A DNA stretch of 32,000 nt from an uncultured Acidobacteriaceae bacterium (lineage in GTDB: Bacteria; Acidobacteriota; Terriglobia; Terriglobales; Acidobacteriaceae), in assembly GCA_963738035.1 (NCBI GenBank), contig CAVTVB010000008.1, positions 485,894-517,893 of the forward strand, given 5' to 3'. Each line of letters starts with the position of its first letter. Within the stretch, counting starts at the first letter, position 1. Under the pieces are notes generated by a model. It was given only the letters and a program-made list of their open reading frames with translations, did not search any database and was not told the DNA's origin. Below, one piece after another: positions 1-9,045 of this stretch. Made by a program: the position numbers and the translations under genes.

Positions 1-1
1 G

Positions 2-76
2 AGCAAGCCAGGCCCCTTCGGCTTTCACCCGGACGATCTGGCACAGGCCATCAAAACATCGCTCCCAACTAACTGA
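2..76 (+). CDS. Possible C-terminal tail of a CDS entering from the left edge (...SKPGPFGFHPDDLAQAIKTSLPTN*), product unknown
   Basis: Open frame from the window edge to TGA at 74-76; too short to identify. Confidence 0.35.
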   Translation, partial: SKPGPFGFHPDDLAQAIKTSLPTN

Positions 77-434
77 ACATTGCCGCGTACAAAACACTGA
101 GAATTTGGCTGTTCCAGATCCATGCCCAAGGATCAGTAACGGGAGTCGGCTCGTGTCCGTCGATCTGCCGAGGCCTGATCTCGGGCTGGCGATCAGAGGC
201 CAATGCGATCATCGAGCAATTTGGCCCGCGCTTGGCACCTGGACGTAAAGCCGGCTGTTCGTAGATGTGACTGTCTTACCCGTTTGAGCGCGCAAATCCT
301 CTAAATCGGATCTCCGACTGTGTACCAAAATTGTGTACCACCAAGAGCGCCTTCTCCAGCTAAGGGGCGCCAGCAGAAATTTCAACCCAGCAAAAAGCCC
401 GCTGAATTAGCGGGCCTTAGCGAATCTTATTTGG

Positions 435-506
435 TAGCGCTAACGGGAATCGAACCCGTGTTTTAAGATTGAGAATCTCACGTCCTAACCCCTAGACGAT
501 AGCGCC
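435..506 (-). tRNA. tRNA-Glu (anticodon CTC)
   Basis: Reverse complement GGCGCTATCGTCTAGGGGTTAGGACGTGAGATTCTCAATCTTAAAACACGGGTTCGATTCCCGTTAGCGCTA folds as a cloverleaf: acceptor GGCGCTA/TAGCGCT, anticodon stem TGAGA/TCTTA, loop TTCTCAA, T-loop GGTTCGATTCC. Confidence 0.95.
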
Positions 507-595
507 ACATATGGAGGGGGCAGCCTTAAAGCCGCCTTCTTAATCTATCAAATAATCAACGCTATGCCAAAGCCGACCACGCCCTCAAGCCCAGG

Positions 596-871
596 TCAAA
601 TCCCCAGTTTCCGCACTTCGTCGTTGTAATACTTGCGGTAAAGGATCTCCCACTCTTGCGAGCCTTCGAGGATGATCTTGCGCTGCGAGGCAATCTTCTG
701 CCGTGCCGCGGCGTCGATCCGCGCTTCTTCCATCAGCAGGGCCTCAAGCGCTTTACGCGCCTCCTGGCGAATCGTGTTGCGATCCTCATTAAAGCCGACA
801 GCGTCGATGTCGGCCAGAGTATCGGCCACGGTGTGTGCCAGCTTGTTGAGCTTGTCGCGGTTAATCCTCAT
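596..871 (-). CDS. DUF507 family protein (second of a tandem pair)
   Basis: 91-aa ORF MRINRDKLNKLAHTVADTLADIDAVGF..., similar in layout to the adjacent upstream ORF; DUF507-like on reading. Confidence 0.75.
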   Translation of the reverse strand: MRINRDKLNKLAHTVADTLADIDAVGFNEDRNTIRQEARKALEALLMEEARIDAAARQKIASQRKIILEGSQEWEILYRKYYNDEVRKLGI

Positions 872-1146
872 AGCACCGCCTTGTACTTCTTGGCGAGCTC
901 GGTCTTCACCTTCTTGAACATCTCGGCGTATTGCGCACCCGATTTGCGCATCTCCTCGGAATACGCGTCGAGGATCACGCGCACTTCTTCGTTGATGCGG
1001 TCCTCGAGCGCAAGCTCCTCAGTGAGGCCCTCCGTGACGCGCGCCTCTGTGCCCTTCAAGTCACTTGTGGTGATGAGCTTGGCATCGAGGAGGTGCTTGA
1101 CCGTACGGCGGGCGAGATACCCAATGTATTCGCGAGAAAAAATCAT
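868..1146 (-). CDS. DUF507 family protein (first of a tandem pair)
   Basis: 92-aa ORF MIFSREYIGYLARRTVKHLLDAKLI...INEEVRVILDAYSEEMRKSGAQYAEMFKKVKTELAKK; 4-bp ATGA overlap with the next gene. Confidence 0.8.
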   Translation of the reverse strand: MIFSREYIGYLARRTVKHLLDAKLITTSDLKGTEARVTEGLTEELALEDRINEEVRVILDAYSEEMRKSGAQYAEMFKKVKTELAKKYKAVL

Positions 1147-1215
1147 GAGCTAAACTTCAGGATACCGCATCGGACCGGCTAGTGTACACAACGCAAAATC
1201 GCGGGACGAATGCGA

Positions 1216-1566
1216 TTAACCGCGATGCGGGCACGTCTTGGTATTGATGCAGGCATCGGCCAGGCGAAGCCTCTCCACCGGGCGGCCATTTACCAGGTGC
1301 TCCTGCACTATCTCCGCGGCATCTTCCGGCTTCACATGCCCGTACCAGACAGCCTCGGGATACACGACTACGGTGGGCCCGTGCTCGCACTGATCAAGGC
1401 AACCAGACTTGTTAATACGGACGGCATTTCCTAGGCCGGCGGCCTTGGCGAGTTGTTGCAACTGCGTGTGCAGTTCGCTCTTTCCATCGGTCGTGCACGA
1501 GGGCCTTGGAGCACCTTCTGGACGGGTATTATGGCAAACGAAAACGTGGTGTTCGAACAGGGGCAA
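1216..1566 (-). CDS. (2Fe-2S) ferredoxin domain-containing protein
   Basis: 116 aa, HVFVCHNTR...RINKSGCLDQCEHGPTVVVYPEAVWYGHVKPEDAAEIVQEHL: thioredoxin-like ferredoxin motif. Confidence 0.85.
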   Translation of the reverse strand: MPLFEHHVFVCHNTRPEGAPRPSCTTDGKSELHTQLQQLAKAAGLGNAVRINKSGCLDQCEHGPTVVVYPEAVWYGHVKPEDAAEIVQEHLVNGRPVERLRLADACINTKTCPHRG

Positions 1567-1670
1567 GCGTCACTCCTCCAGACTTCAGCTTACAGGGCCA
1601 AACCCGGCGCAAACTTTCCACATTTGCGACTGCTCACCCCGCCCCCATCTGAGAGAATGATTCCTTGACT

Positions 1671-2153
1671 ATGAGCACGGACAATCTTCTGTCGCTGAAA
1701 GACGATATGGTGGCCTTCATTGAAGGTCACGGTCTCGTGCGTCTTCCAGGCTACGTCACCGAAGACATTCCATCGGTTGTGTGGGAAGGCGAAGGCAATC
1801 CCGACGCGTGGAAAGACTTCGTGGAGATGGCCAAACACGTCGGTGCACCGTTCGTCACCTTCAGTGAAATGCGTCTCGATCGCGAAGAACTCGATCACCT
1901 CATCGAAGAGGCCGGCGAGATGAACTTCCCCGACGAGGAAGCCTCCGAGCTTGTGGAAGCGCAGTGGCTGCGTAAATATGCCGGCATGGTCGGTTACATC
2001 CAGCTTGGCTTCATCTACCAGGGCATTGTTTTTCTGCACGAGACCACCACCGAGTGGTACGAGCGTTTCCAGTCGCTCCTTGAAGATGTCGAGAGCTTTA
2101 ACGACATCATCATCGACGACCACGATCACGAACACGACGAAGAGGACGAGTAA
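1671..2153 (+). CDS. Hypothetical acidic protein with D/H/E-rich C terminus (DDHDHEHDEEDE)
   Basis: Intact ORF (track start 1665; ATG at 1671 starts MSTDNLL), closely followed by recJ on the same strand. Confidence 0.75.
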   Translation: MSTDNLLSLKDDMVAFIEGHGLVRLPGYVTEDIPSVVWEGEGNPDAWKDFVEMAKHVGAPFVTFSEMRLDREELDHLIEEAGEMNFPDEEASELVEAQWLRKYAGMVGYIQLGFIYQGIVFLHETTTEWYERFQSLLEDVESFNDIIIDDHDHEHDEEDE

Positions 2154-2158
2154 TCGCG

Positions 2159-3943
2159 GTGAGCGCGACGGGCGCAGTTCAGAACAGCGCCGCATTTCTC
2201 GCAACGCCACGCCAGCGCTGGATTCTCGCTGAGCCTCATCCGCAGGATGCCGCAGCGCTCGCAGAATCCGCCCGCATCCCCGTTATCCTCGCCGAACTTC
2301 TTGTGGCTCGCGGCATCACCACATCCAGCGAAGCCTTCGCCTTCCTTAATCCTGAAGTGGCCCATCTGAACGACCCCCTGCTGATGCTCGGCATGAAGAC
2401 CGCCGTGGAACGCGTCGAAGCGGCCATCGCGCGCAAGGAACCCATCCTGCTCTACGGCGACTACGACGTGGACGGAACCACCGCCGTCGTTTTGCTCAAA
2501 ACCACAATTGAATTACTCGGCGGCGAGGTTCGCTTCCACGTGCCGCATCGCCTTCGCGAGGGATACGGTCTGCAATCGGCCGTGCTCGAGGCCGCGCATG
2601 CCGAGGGCGTTCGGCTGGTGATCACAGTCGACACCGGCATGCGCGCCTTCGCCGAAGCTGAAACCGCGAAACGGCTCGGCCTCGACCTCATCATCACCGA
2701 CCATCATCTATCGCGATCAGACGATGCTGTTCCAATTGCGTTGGCCATCCTCAACCCCAACCAGCACAACTGCAGCTATCCCGAGAAATCGCTCTGCGGC
2801 GCGTCAATCGCACTGAAGCTTGCGCAGGCCCTGCTGGAGCGCCACGATGCCGATCGCACACGCGAGAAATTGCTGCCGAGTTTTCTGAAGATGGCCGCCA
2901 TCGCCACCATCGCCGATGCTGTTCCGTTGCGCGGCGAAAATCGCGTGATCGCCGCGCTCGGTCTGCGCGAACTGCGCAAGCCGGTCGGAGCGGGCCTTCG
3001 CGCGCTGTTCGCGGCCGCCCAGCTCAATGTCGCAACCAAGCCGATCACCAGCTTCGATATCGCCTTCCGCATCGCGCCCCGGATCAATGCCGCGGGCCGC
3101 ATGGACGTGGCTTCGGAGATCATCGAACTCTTCTGCACCCGCGATTCGGCGCGGGCCAACGAACTCGCCAACAAGCTTGAGCGCCTGAATCGCGACCGCC
3201 GCGACACGGAAGCAACGGCTCTTGCGGCGATTGAAACGCGGCTCGCCACCGATGAAGAATTAGCGGCTGCGCGCCTCGTGGTTGTCGATGGCGACGGCTG
3301 GCATCGCGGCGTCATCGGCATTCTTGCTTCACGGGTGGTGGAACGCACCGCCAAACCCGCGCTGGTCATCAGCGTTGAAGACGGTATCGCGCACGGTTCC
3401 GGCCGATCGGTCGATGGATTCCAATTGCTCAACGCCATTGAGACCTGCGCCGATCTCTTCACGCGCTTCGGCGGACACGCTTTTGCCGTTGGCTTCGCGC
3501 TGCCCGCCGCATCATTGCCAGAACTCAAGCGTCGCCTTGCCGAATGCGCCGCCGAACGTCTCGCCGAGCGCGAACCCGAGCGCGTGCTGACAATCCACGC
3601 TGAACTTGCCCTCGATCAGATCACCGCGGTGCTGGCCGGATGGTTGCGCAAGCTCGAGCCGCTGGGCCACGGCAATCTCGAGCCCATCTTTGTTGCGCGA
3701 AACACCCGCCTCGTCTCCGCGCCGCGCATTATGAAAGAACGCCACCTCCGCCTGGAGTTAGCGCAGGAAGAAGGTGCGGCACCAATTCGCGCTGTGGGTT
3801 GGGATATGGCTGCGCGGTCTGACGAATTGGGCCTCGCGCAAGGCTCGCGCATCGATGTCGCCTATCGTATCCGAGAAAATCTTCATCCCGACTTCGGCGG
3901 TCTCGAAATCGAAATCGCGGGGCTTCAACTGCCGGCAGGCTGA
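2159..3943 (+). CDS. recJ: Single-stranded-DNA-specific exonuclease RecJ
   Basis: 594 aa, GTG start; DHH motif region LLYGDYDVDGTTAVVLL, LDLIITDHH, DGDGWHRGVIGILASRV, DGIAHGSGRSVDGFQLL, FGGHAFAVGFAL. Confidence 0.95.
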   Translation: MSATGAVQNSAAFLATPRQRWILAEPHPQDAAALAESARIPVILAELLVARGITTSSEAFAFLNPEVAHLNDPLLMLGMKTAVERVEAAIARKEPILLYGDYDVDGTTAVVLLKTTIELLGGEVRFHVPHRLREGYGLQSAVLEAAHAEGVRLVITVDTGMRAFAEAETAKRLGLDLIITDHHLSRSDDAVPIALAILNPNQHNCSYPEKSLCGASIALKLAQALLERHDADRTREKLLPSFLKMAAIATIADAVPLRGENRVIAALGLRELRKPVGAGLRALFAAAQLNVATKPITSFDIAFRIAPRINAAGRMDVASEIIELFCTRDSARANELANKLERLNRDRRDTEATALAAIETRLATDEELAAARLVVVDGDGWHRGVIGILASRVVERTAKPALVISVEDGIAHGSGRSVDGFQLLNAIETCADLFTRFGGHAFAVGFALPAASLPELKRRLAECAAERLAEREPERVLTIHAELALDQITAVLAGWLRKLEPLGHGNLEPIFVARNTRLVSAPRIMKERHLRLELAQEEGAAPIRAVGWDMAARSDELGLAQGSRIDVAYRIRENLHPDFGGLEIEIAGLQLPAG

Positions 3944-3975
3944 TCCACACCTGCAGAATCTGCATCCGGATGCAC

Positions 3976-4005
3976 GAAAGCCCACGGCACAAACCGTGGG
4001 CTTTC
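3976..4005. terminator. Bidirectional hairpin terminator between convergent genes
   Basis: Perfect 12-bp arms GAAAGCCCACGG-CACAAA-CCGTGGGCTTTC in the recJ/WXXGXW intergenic region; ends in TTTC on one side and AAAG on the other. Confidence 0.75.
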
Positions 4006-4025
4006 ATCATTGCTGCAACACACGC

Positions 4026-5120
4026 TTAATTGTGCGGCTTTTGCTCGTGCTGCGGGTGGCCCTGTCCGCCGCCGCCATGCTCCTGGGGAGCCTGCCGCGC
4101 CTGGTCGTGAGGTTGTTCGTGGTTGCCGTGCGGCTGCTGAGGGTTTCCATGCGGCTGCTCAAAGTTGCCGCGCGGCTGCTGAGAGTTCCCGTGCGCTGGT
4201 TTGTTATAGCCGTTCTGCTGTTGATATTGCTGCTGATGCATCTGCTGCTCTTGATGCTGTTGTTGCTGCTGACGCACTAGTTGCTCTTGATGCTGTTGCT
4301 GTTGATGCAGCTCTTGCTGCTGATGCTGTTGCTGATATTGCGGTCGACCCTCTGCGCCGTGGTTGTTGTTGAAGGAGTTCGGCTGTTGCGGCCGCATGTT
4401 GCTTTGCGCGCCATGATTGTTGTTGTAGCCCATGGGGCGCTCCGCGGCCACGGTGTGCGGATTTCCGCCGTTGTTCTTCGCGTAGAAGCTGCGATCGGAA
4501 CGCGCCGCCTGAAAATGCTGCTGCTGAAGTGGAGTCGCGCCGATGTGCCTTTCGTGCATTGCATGCAGCTCGTCGGAAGAAGGATCGTGCCGGATTCCGC
4601 CGGGGCCGCCGCTATATGCCACGCGACGTTCGTTCACGATTGTGTTGTGCTGCACCACGGTGCGATCGACATAGGTGTTGTGGATGTAAACATTGTTTAC
4701 GCGCACAACTGCGGTGTTGTATTCGAAACCATGGTTGTGCCATCTGCCGCCGACAAAGCCAACACCCATGTAGCCGAATCCGTAGTTCACGCCGCCATAG
4801 AAGCCTACGTGCGGTCCCCAATATCCGGGATGGAAGACGTAAATTCCGCTTGACCAGCCCCAGTAAGGCGGCGTCCACAATGCGCCTTCATACGGTGCAG
4901 GTACCCACGCACCGGGAACCCAGTAGTAGCCTTCATCGCCGTAGGCCCAATACCCCGGCGTCCACAACCACCCAGGCTGCGGGCATGGGGGCTGTTCGTA
5001 TACCGGCAGCACCGGCGGAGCAATGTTGACGCTGATCAAAACGCCCGCGAAAGAAGATGCGGGAACCAGAGAAAGCAGAAGCGCCAAAAACATCCAGCGC
5101 GATTTGCGAAGTAAATCCAT
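4026..5120 (-). CDS. WXXGXW (YXWXGXW)-repeat exported protein with Gln-rich C-terminal half
   Basis: Signal peptide from the ATG at 5120 (MDLLRKSRWMFLALLLSLVPASSFA), preceded by GAGGAGGACTTC RBS; repeats PGWLWTPGYWAY, GYYWVPGAWVPAP, GALWTPPYWGW; then QQQ/HQQ-rich tail. The ORF track starts further upstream at 5207. Confidence 0.8.
   Translation of the reverse strand: MDLLRKSRWMFLALLLSLVPASSFAGVLISVNIAPPVLPVYEQPPCPQPGWLWTPGYWAYGDEGYYWVPGAWVPAPYEGALWTPPYWGWSSGIYVFHPGYWGPHVGFYGGVNYGFGYMGVGFVGGRWHNHGFEYNTAVVRVNNVYIHNTYVDRTVVQHNTIVNERRVAYSGGPGGIRHDPSSDELHAMHERHIGATPLQQQHFQAARSDRSFYAKNNGGNPHTVAAERPMGYNNNHGAQSNMRPQQPNSFNNNHGAEGRPQYQQQHQQQELHQQQQHQEQLVRQQQQQHQEQQMHQQQYQQQNGYNKPAHGNSQQPRGNFEQPHGNPQQPHGNHEQPHDQARQAPQEHGGGGQGHPQHEQKPHN
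4106..4189 (-). repeat. Four degenerate 21-bp tandem units encoding HGNxQQP-like heptads
   Basis: Consecutive 21-mers on the + strand: cgtgaggttgttcgtggttgc / cgtgcggctgctgagggtttc / catgcggctgctcaaagttgc / cgcgcggctgctgagagttcc. Confidence 0.8.
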
Positions 5121-5446
5121 GAAGTCCTCCTCTAACTCATTAACCCGCACGCGAGCAGCATTCCAGTTGTGCCGCCCACGGGCTTGCGGGTCTTGGGCAG
5201 TATTCAACTCTGCAACGTGAACAGCTTCAAGGCGGGGAAAAATAAAATAAGCTTCTTGCCGCCGGCCTGTTTTATAAGGCCAATCATGTTTGATGCACTT
5301 GCTGCATATTCAGACTACGCAGAGGTAAACCCAGGACGCCACGGAAAGTTGCACCGCAGCTGGGCACTTTAGTTATGCCGATTTAGGTAGTTCGCAGAGG
5401 ACAGGCAACTTAGCAGCCTGGCCCGTCCGCGAGATGATCAATATAG

Positions 5447-6415
5447 CTAGTAGCGATAGCTAAGGCCCGTTCCGAAGACACTGTTGGCCTTCAGATCGAT
5501 GGGGACGACCACGAATGGTGGATTTGGTACGCCGGTCGGAACAGCAGTATGGCCGATGACTCCCGCGACGTGTCCGATACCAATATCAAACGCAAAGTGC
5601 GGATTTTCCTTTTGCGTTACGCGCACCGCGTAGTCCATCGTGGTCGGAATGTGCGCGCCAGAGCCGGGAGGATACAGGATCGGAGCAAGGTTCACCACGT
5701 TTGGAGGCTCCTGCGTAAATCCGATCGCGGGCACCGCGGCCAGATTATGTCCGAGCGGAATCGGAATGCCGAGACCGCCGAAGAGCCGTCCCATGAATCG
5801 CGTGGACTGCCCGCCCAAGCCGAAGATGGACGCATTGGTGAACTTCAGGCCAAAGTTCAAAAGAAACGGAACCGGTGGCTTCAGATATGTTTTGGAAGCC
5901 GCCACGTACACATCTTCATTGGTGTACGACTTCAGTTCCCCATAGAGCTTCTCGTTGAGCGCGCCGCTTACAAACTTGTCGCCAGTGCGCACAACGACTC
6001 CGGCAGCAAAACCCGGCGTCCACTCGCCCCATTGTCCCTCTTTGATCGCCACCACCTTGCCATTGAAGACATTCATTCCGTCGTAGTCCCACAGGCTGCT
6101 GAATGCCGGACTGTTGCCTTTAAAGTGCACGCTTCGCGTATAGCCAAATTCGGCGCGGTTCGCAATTCCCTCTTCAATCGAAAACGTGTGTACGTAGCCA
6201 ATCACGCTCGAAGCATTCACAAAGTGGTAGCCAACTGCCGGATGCGACCAAACGTGATCCTTCTCCGACAAGACCACGTAGGCCGTCGGCGTGATAAAGC
6301 CGCCAGTCTGACCCTCAAGCGTCAGGTTCTGCGCATGGATACGTGCGGAAGCAAACAATGCCGCCGCAAGGGCTCCGCCGGCGGCGAGCCTTTTCAATAG
6401 AGAGAGCGTTAACAT
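5447..6415 (-). CDS. Exported, probably outer-membrane/beta-barrel-like protein of unknown function
   Basis: 322 aa with signal peptide (MLTLSLLKRLAAGGALAAALFASARIHAQ), alternating Gly/aromatic segments, C-terminal GTGLSYRY ending in aromatic residues. Confidence 0.6.
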   Translation of the reverse strand: MLTLSLLKRLAAGGALAAALFASARIHAQNLTLEGQTGGFITPTAYVVLSEKDHVWSHPAVGYHFVNASSVIGYVHTFSIEEGIANRAEFGYTRSVHFKGNSPAFSSLWDYDGMNVFNGKVVAIKEGQWGEWTPGFAAGVVVRTGDKFVSGALNEKLYGELKSYTNEDVYVAASKTYLKPPVPFLLNFGLKFTNASIFGLGGQSTRFMGRLFGGLGIPIPLGHNLAAVPAIGFTQEPPNVVNLAPILYPPGSGAHIPTTMDYAVRVTQKENPHFAFDIGIGHVAGVIGHTAVPTGVPNPPFVVVPIDLKANSVFGTGLSYRY

Positions 6416-6740
6416 TCAAATACTCCAATTAAGCGCGATCAAGCGCCCGCAATCTTCCCAACCAGTTCGAAGAAGCCGCGAGGTGACTTGTGATGTGTGC
6501 GGGATTTTCTGTCAGCCGGGCGCCCCGGCGACTGCAGTAGTTGTCGAAAGGGTAAGGCCCTTTACCTACTGCAAACAAACCTGCAGCAGGACCGAAGAAA
6601 AACCGTGCGGCACACCGGCCGTCGAACCGGATTACTCCGACCTCGAATTGAGAATCACCTGTTTGTAACACAAATTCATCCGCATCGTCACCGGCACACG
6701 ACACAGGCGGCGCGTTACATACGGGTGGTAGACTCTCGGC

Positions 6741-7409
6741 ATGCCGCGCGGATTGTTCATCACCCTTGAAGGCCTCGACGGCTCCGGCAAAACCACGCAA
6801 ATCAAGCGCTTGGCGGCGTGGATGCAAAAGCGCGGCCTCGACCCGATCATCACCCGCCAGCCCGGCGGCACACCCACGGGCGACCGAATTCGGGCCCTCC
6901 TGCTGGACTCCAGTTCTACCCCGCTCGCGCCCATGACCGAAATGGCGCTCATGTTCGCCGATCGCGCCCAAGCCATCGCCGAAGTTATTGAGCCCGCACT
7001 CGCCGCCGGAAAGGTGGTCCTCTGCGATCGCTTCACTGACTCCACCGAGGCCTACCAGGGCGGCGGCCGTCAACTCGGCTCAGAGCGCGTGCTCGATCTG
7101 CACCGTCTCGTCTGCCGAAATCTTCAACCCGACCTCACGCTGCTCCTGCTGCCCTCGCTCGATTCGAGCCTCGCCCGCGCGCGCAACCGAAACGAACGCA
7201 CTGTCGCTCAAACCGGCAAAGACGAAAACCGATTCGAGCTTGAGCAAGGCGAATTCTTCAAACGCGTCTGGGAAAAATACCGCGAGATCGGCCGTCGCGA
7301 TGCTGATCGCGTCGTCCTGATCGAAGGCAACCTCAGCATCGATGAGGTCCACGAGCAGATCATTGAAGCCGTCTCAGAACGCCTGGTGACGACGCAACGT
7401 TCCGCGTGA
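6741..7409 (+). CDS. tmk: Thymidylate kinase
   Basis: P-loop FITLEGLDGSGKTTQIKRLAAWM, TRQPGGTPTGDRIRALLLD, LCDRFTDSTEAYQGGGRQLG. Confidence 0.95.
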   Translation: MPRGLFITLEGLDGSGKTTQIKRLAAWMQKRGLDPIITRQPGGTPTGDRIRALLLDSSSTPLAPMTEMALMFADRAQAIAEVIEPALAAGKVVLCDRFTDSTEAYQGGGRQLGSERVLDLHRLVCRNLQPDLTLLLLPSLDSSLARARNRNERTVAQTGKDENRFELEQGEFFKRVWEKYREIGRRDADRVVLIEGNLSIDEVHEQIIEAVSERLVTTQRSA

Positions 7410-7705
7410 GATGACGCCGATTGACCGTGCAACCGACTTTTCGTTTGCATTCAAGCGACATCTACGGTTGATTCGCCGGCCTCGTAACATTTTCAGTGGG
7501 ATTGTCACAACGAGATTGGCACTGCGCGACATTCAAATTACATCTGCACGGAGCTCATGTCGCGTCCTTTAACCTTCTTTTCAACTGTCCGCAACATACG
7601 ACTGCTACGAATCTCCATGCGGCAGGTTGAAGGCGCCGGCTTCACTCTGAGTGAGGTCTAACGCCTTCCGCCACTGCCCGCAATTCCCCAACACCCGAGG
7701 TTTAC

Positions 7706-8959
7706 ATGCAGAGCTTCACCCGCCTCCGCCCTCTTGCAGGGCTCGCACTCATGGCTGCGCTCACCTGTGCCAGCGCCGTCGCCGAGGATAATCACGACGA
7801 TCAAAACAGCCGGGAAATCAAACACGTCTTTGTTATCGCCATGGAAAATCACAACTGGACCCAGCCGGTAACGTTGGCCGGAAAGATTCAGCCAATCTTT
7901 CAAAATCCGAATGCCCCGTTCATCAACAGTCTCGTCAGCGGAACGGCAGTCGCATGGATCAACGGCAAGCCGGTGAACATCAGCGAGCACACAGCCTATG
8001 CCGCGTCGTACCACAACGTCCTGGCCACGCAGGGCGGCAGCAACCCGCACATTCACCCCTCTGAACCCAACTACATTTGGGCAGAAGCGGGCACCAACTT
8101 CGGCATCGCCAACGATGATGATCCCTACCGGGACACTCCACCGAACGCACAGAACACCACCCAGCACCTTACCGGCCTGCTGCAGAAGGAGGGGAGAACC
8201 TGGAAGTCGTATCAGGAAGACATCGATCTTGCGACGGTGAACGGCAAACTCACCAATGTGCCTCTTCCGCAGAGCCAGTGGACCGTTCCGCTGGTCAGCT
8301 TCAGCGGCGTCTTCGATTCCAACAGCCTGCTGAACGAGTACAACGATTCGCTGCAATATAACTACGCTGCCAAGCACAATCCGATGGCGTTCTTCGCTGA
8401 CACCAACGGAGGCAACAACACGACAACGTCAAATCCGCTCGCCGACAATTACGCCCCGCTCCAGCAACTGGCCGTTGACCTGGACAACAACAAGGTCGCC
8501 GACTACGTGTGGATCACGCCTAACCAATACAACGATCAGCACAGCGCCTTGAGCGCCCCATTCGCGGGTCTCACTGGCGATAGCTCGCAACTCAAGGTGG
8601 GCGACAACGCTTTGGCCCGCCTGGTGCCGATGATTATGGCCTCGAAGGCGTACAAAGACGGCGGAGTCATCATTCTCTGGTGGGACGAGAGCGAAGGCGA
8701 CGGCGAGACCGGCGACAATCCTGACGACTTCAACCACACTATCCCCGAGATCGTCATCTCCAACCTCGCCCACGCCAACGAGAACGGCATGCCCTATGCC
8801 AGCCCCGTCGACCTGACGCACTCCTCCGATTTGCGCACTCTGCAGAACATCTTCCACGTGAGAGCAAAGAGCGGGTCATCGCCCTATCTGGGTGACGCGG
8901 CCAACGCAACTGACCTGTCAGACCTGTTCGCCCCCGGCGTTATTCCCTCGCGTCCGTGA
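7706..8959 (+). CDS. Secreted phosphoesterase-family (phospholipase C/acid phosphatase-like) protein
   Basis: Signal peptide; IKHVFVIAMENHNW, ...HIHPSEPNYIWAEAG, ADYVWITPNQYNDQHS, GGVIILWWDESEGDG, ...IPEIVISNLAHANENG. Confidence 0.8.
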   Translation: MQSFTRLRPLAGLALMAALTCASAVAEDNHDDQNSREIKHVFVIAMENHNWTQPVTLAGKIQPIFQNPNAPFINSLVSGTAVAWINGKPVNISEHTAYAASYHNVLATQGGSNPHIHPSEPNYIWAEAGTNFGIANDDDPYRDTPPNAQNTTQHLTGLLQKEGRTWKSYQEDIDLATVNGKLTNVPLPQSQWTVPLVSFSGVFDSNSLLNEYNDSLQYNYAAKHNPMAFFADTNGGNNTTTSNPLADNYAPLQQLAVDLDNNKVADYVWITPNQYNDQHSALSAPFAGLTGDSSQLKVGDNALARLVPMIMASKAYKDGGVIILWWDESEGDGETGDNPDDFNHTIPEIVISNLAHANENGMPYASPVDLTHSSDLRTLQNIFHVRAKSGSSPYLGDAANATDLSDLFAPGVIPSRP

Positions 8960-9004
8960 TCAACCCGTCGTCCCCTCCCCCGGCAATCCAACAACAACGC
9001 GGAC

Positions 9005-9030
9005 GGCGCGGAGTCTCCTGACTCTGCGCC
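9005..9030. terminator. Hairpin downstream of the phosphoesterase gene, possible terminator
   Basis: GGCGCGGAGTC-TCCT-GACTCTGCGCC (one G:T pair), then GCTCGCGTTTTC. Confidence 0.5.
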
Positions 9031-9045
9031 GCTCGCGTTTTCAGG

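Noticed and set aside
301-345. Direct repeat TGTGTACCA (319-327 and 332-340) near the tRNA-Glu gene, considered as an attachment-site or island scar
   Set aside because: Only 9 bp, not overlapping the tRNA 3' end, and no integrase gene or matching tRNA fragment is seen in the window.
656-1153. 165-aa plus-strand ORF
   Set aside because: Antisense shadow of the two DUF507 genes; composition typical of a non-coding frame.
2776-3528. 250-aa minus-strand ORF (and shorter minus ORFs inside recJ)
   Set aside because: Low-complexity Ser/Arg-rich antisense frame wholly inside recJ.
4200-4400. CAG/CTG-rich repetitive DNA considered as a CRISPR-like or minisatellite array
   Set aside because: No regular spacers; it is explained by a Gln-codon-rich coding region.
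4010-4853. Plus-strand ORFs rich in Leu or Ala over the 4.0-4.8 kb region
   Set aside because: These are readings of the CAG/CAA-rich Gln tail and repeat DNA on the opposite strand; the minus-strand ORF has signal peptide, RBS and WXXGXW motifs.
5549-6400. 283-aa plus-strand ORF
   Set aside because: Antisense of the better-supported exported protein at 5447-6415, Arg/His-rich with no recognisable motif.
6429-7073. 214-aa minus-strand ORF
   Set aside because: Antisense across the tmk start and intergenic DNA; tmk is unambiguous.
7658-8857. Minus-strand ORFs of 239 and 142 aa within the phosphoesterase gene
   Set aside because: Val/Gly/Arg-rich antisense shadow frames; the plus strand has signal peptide and family motifs.
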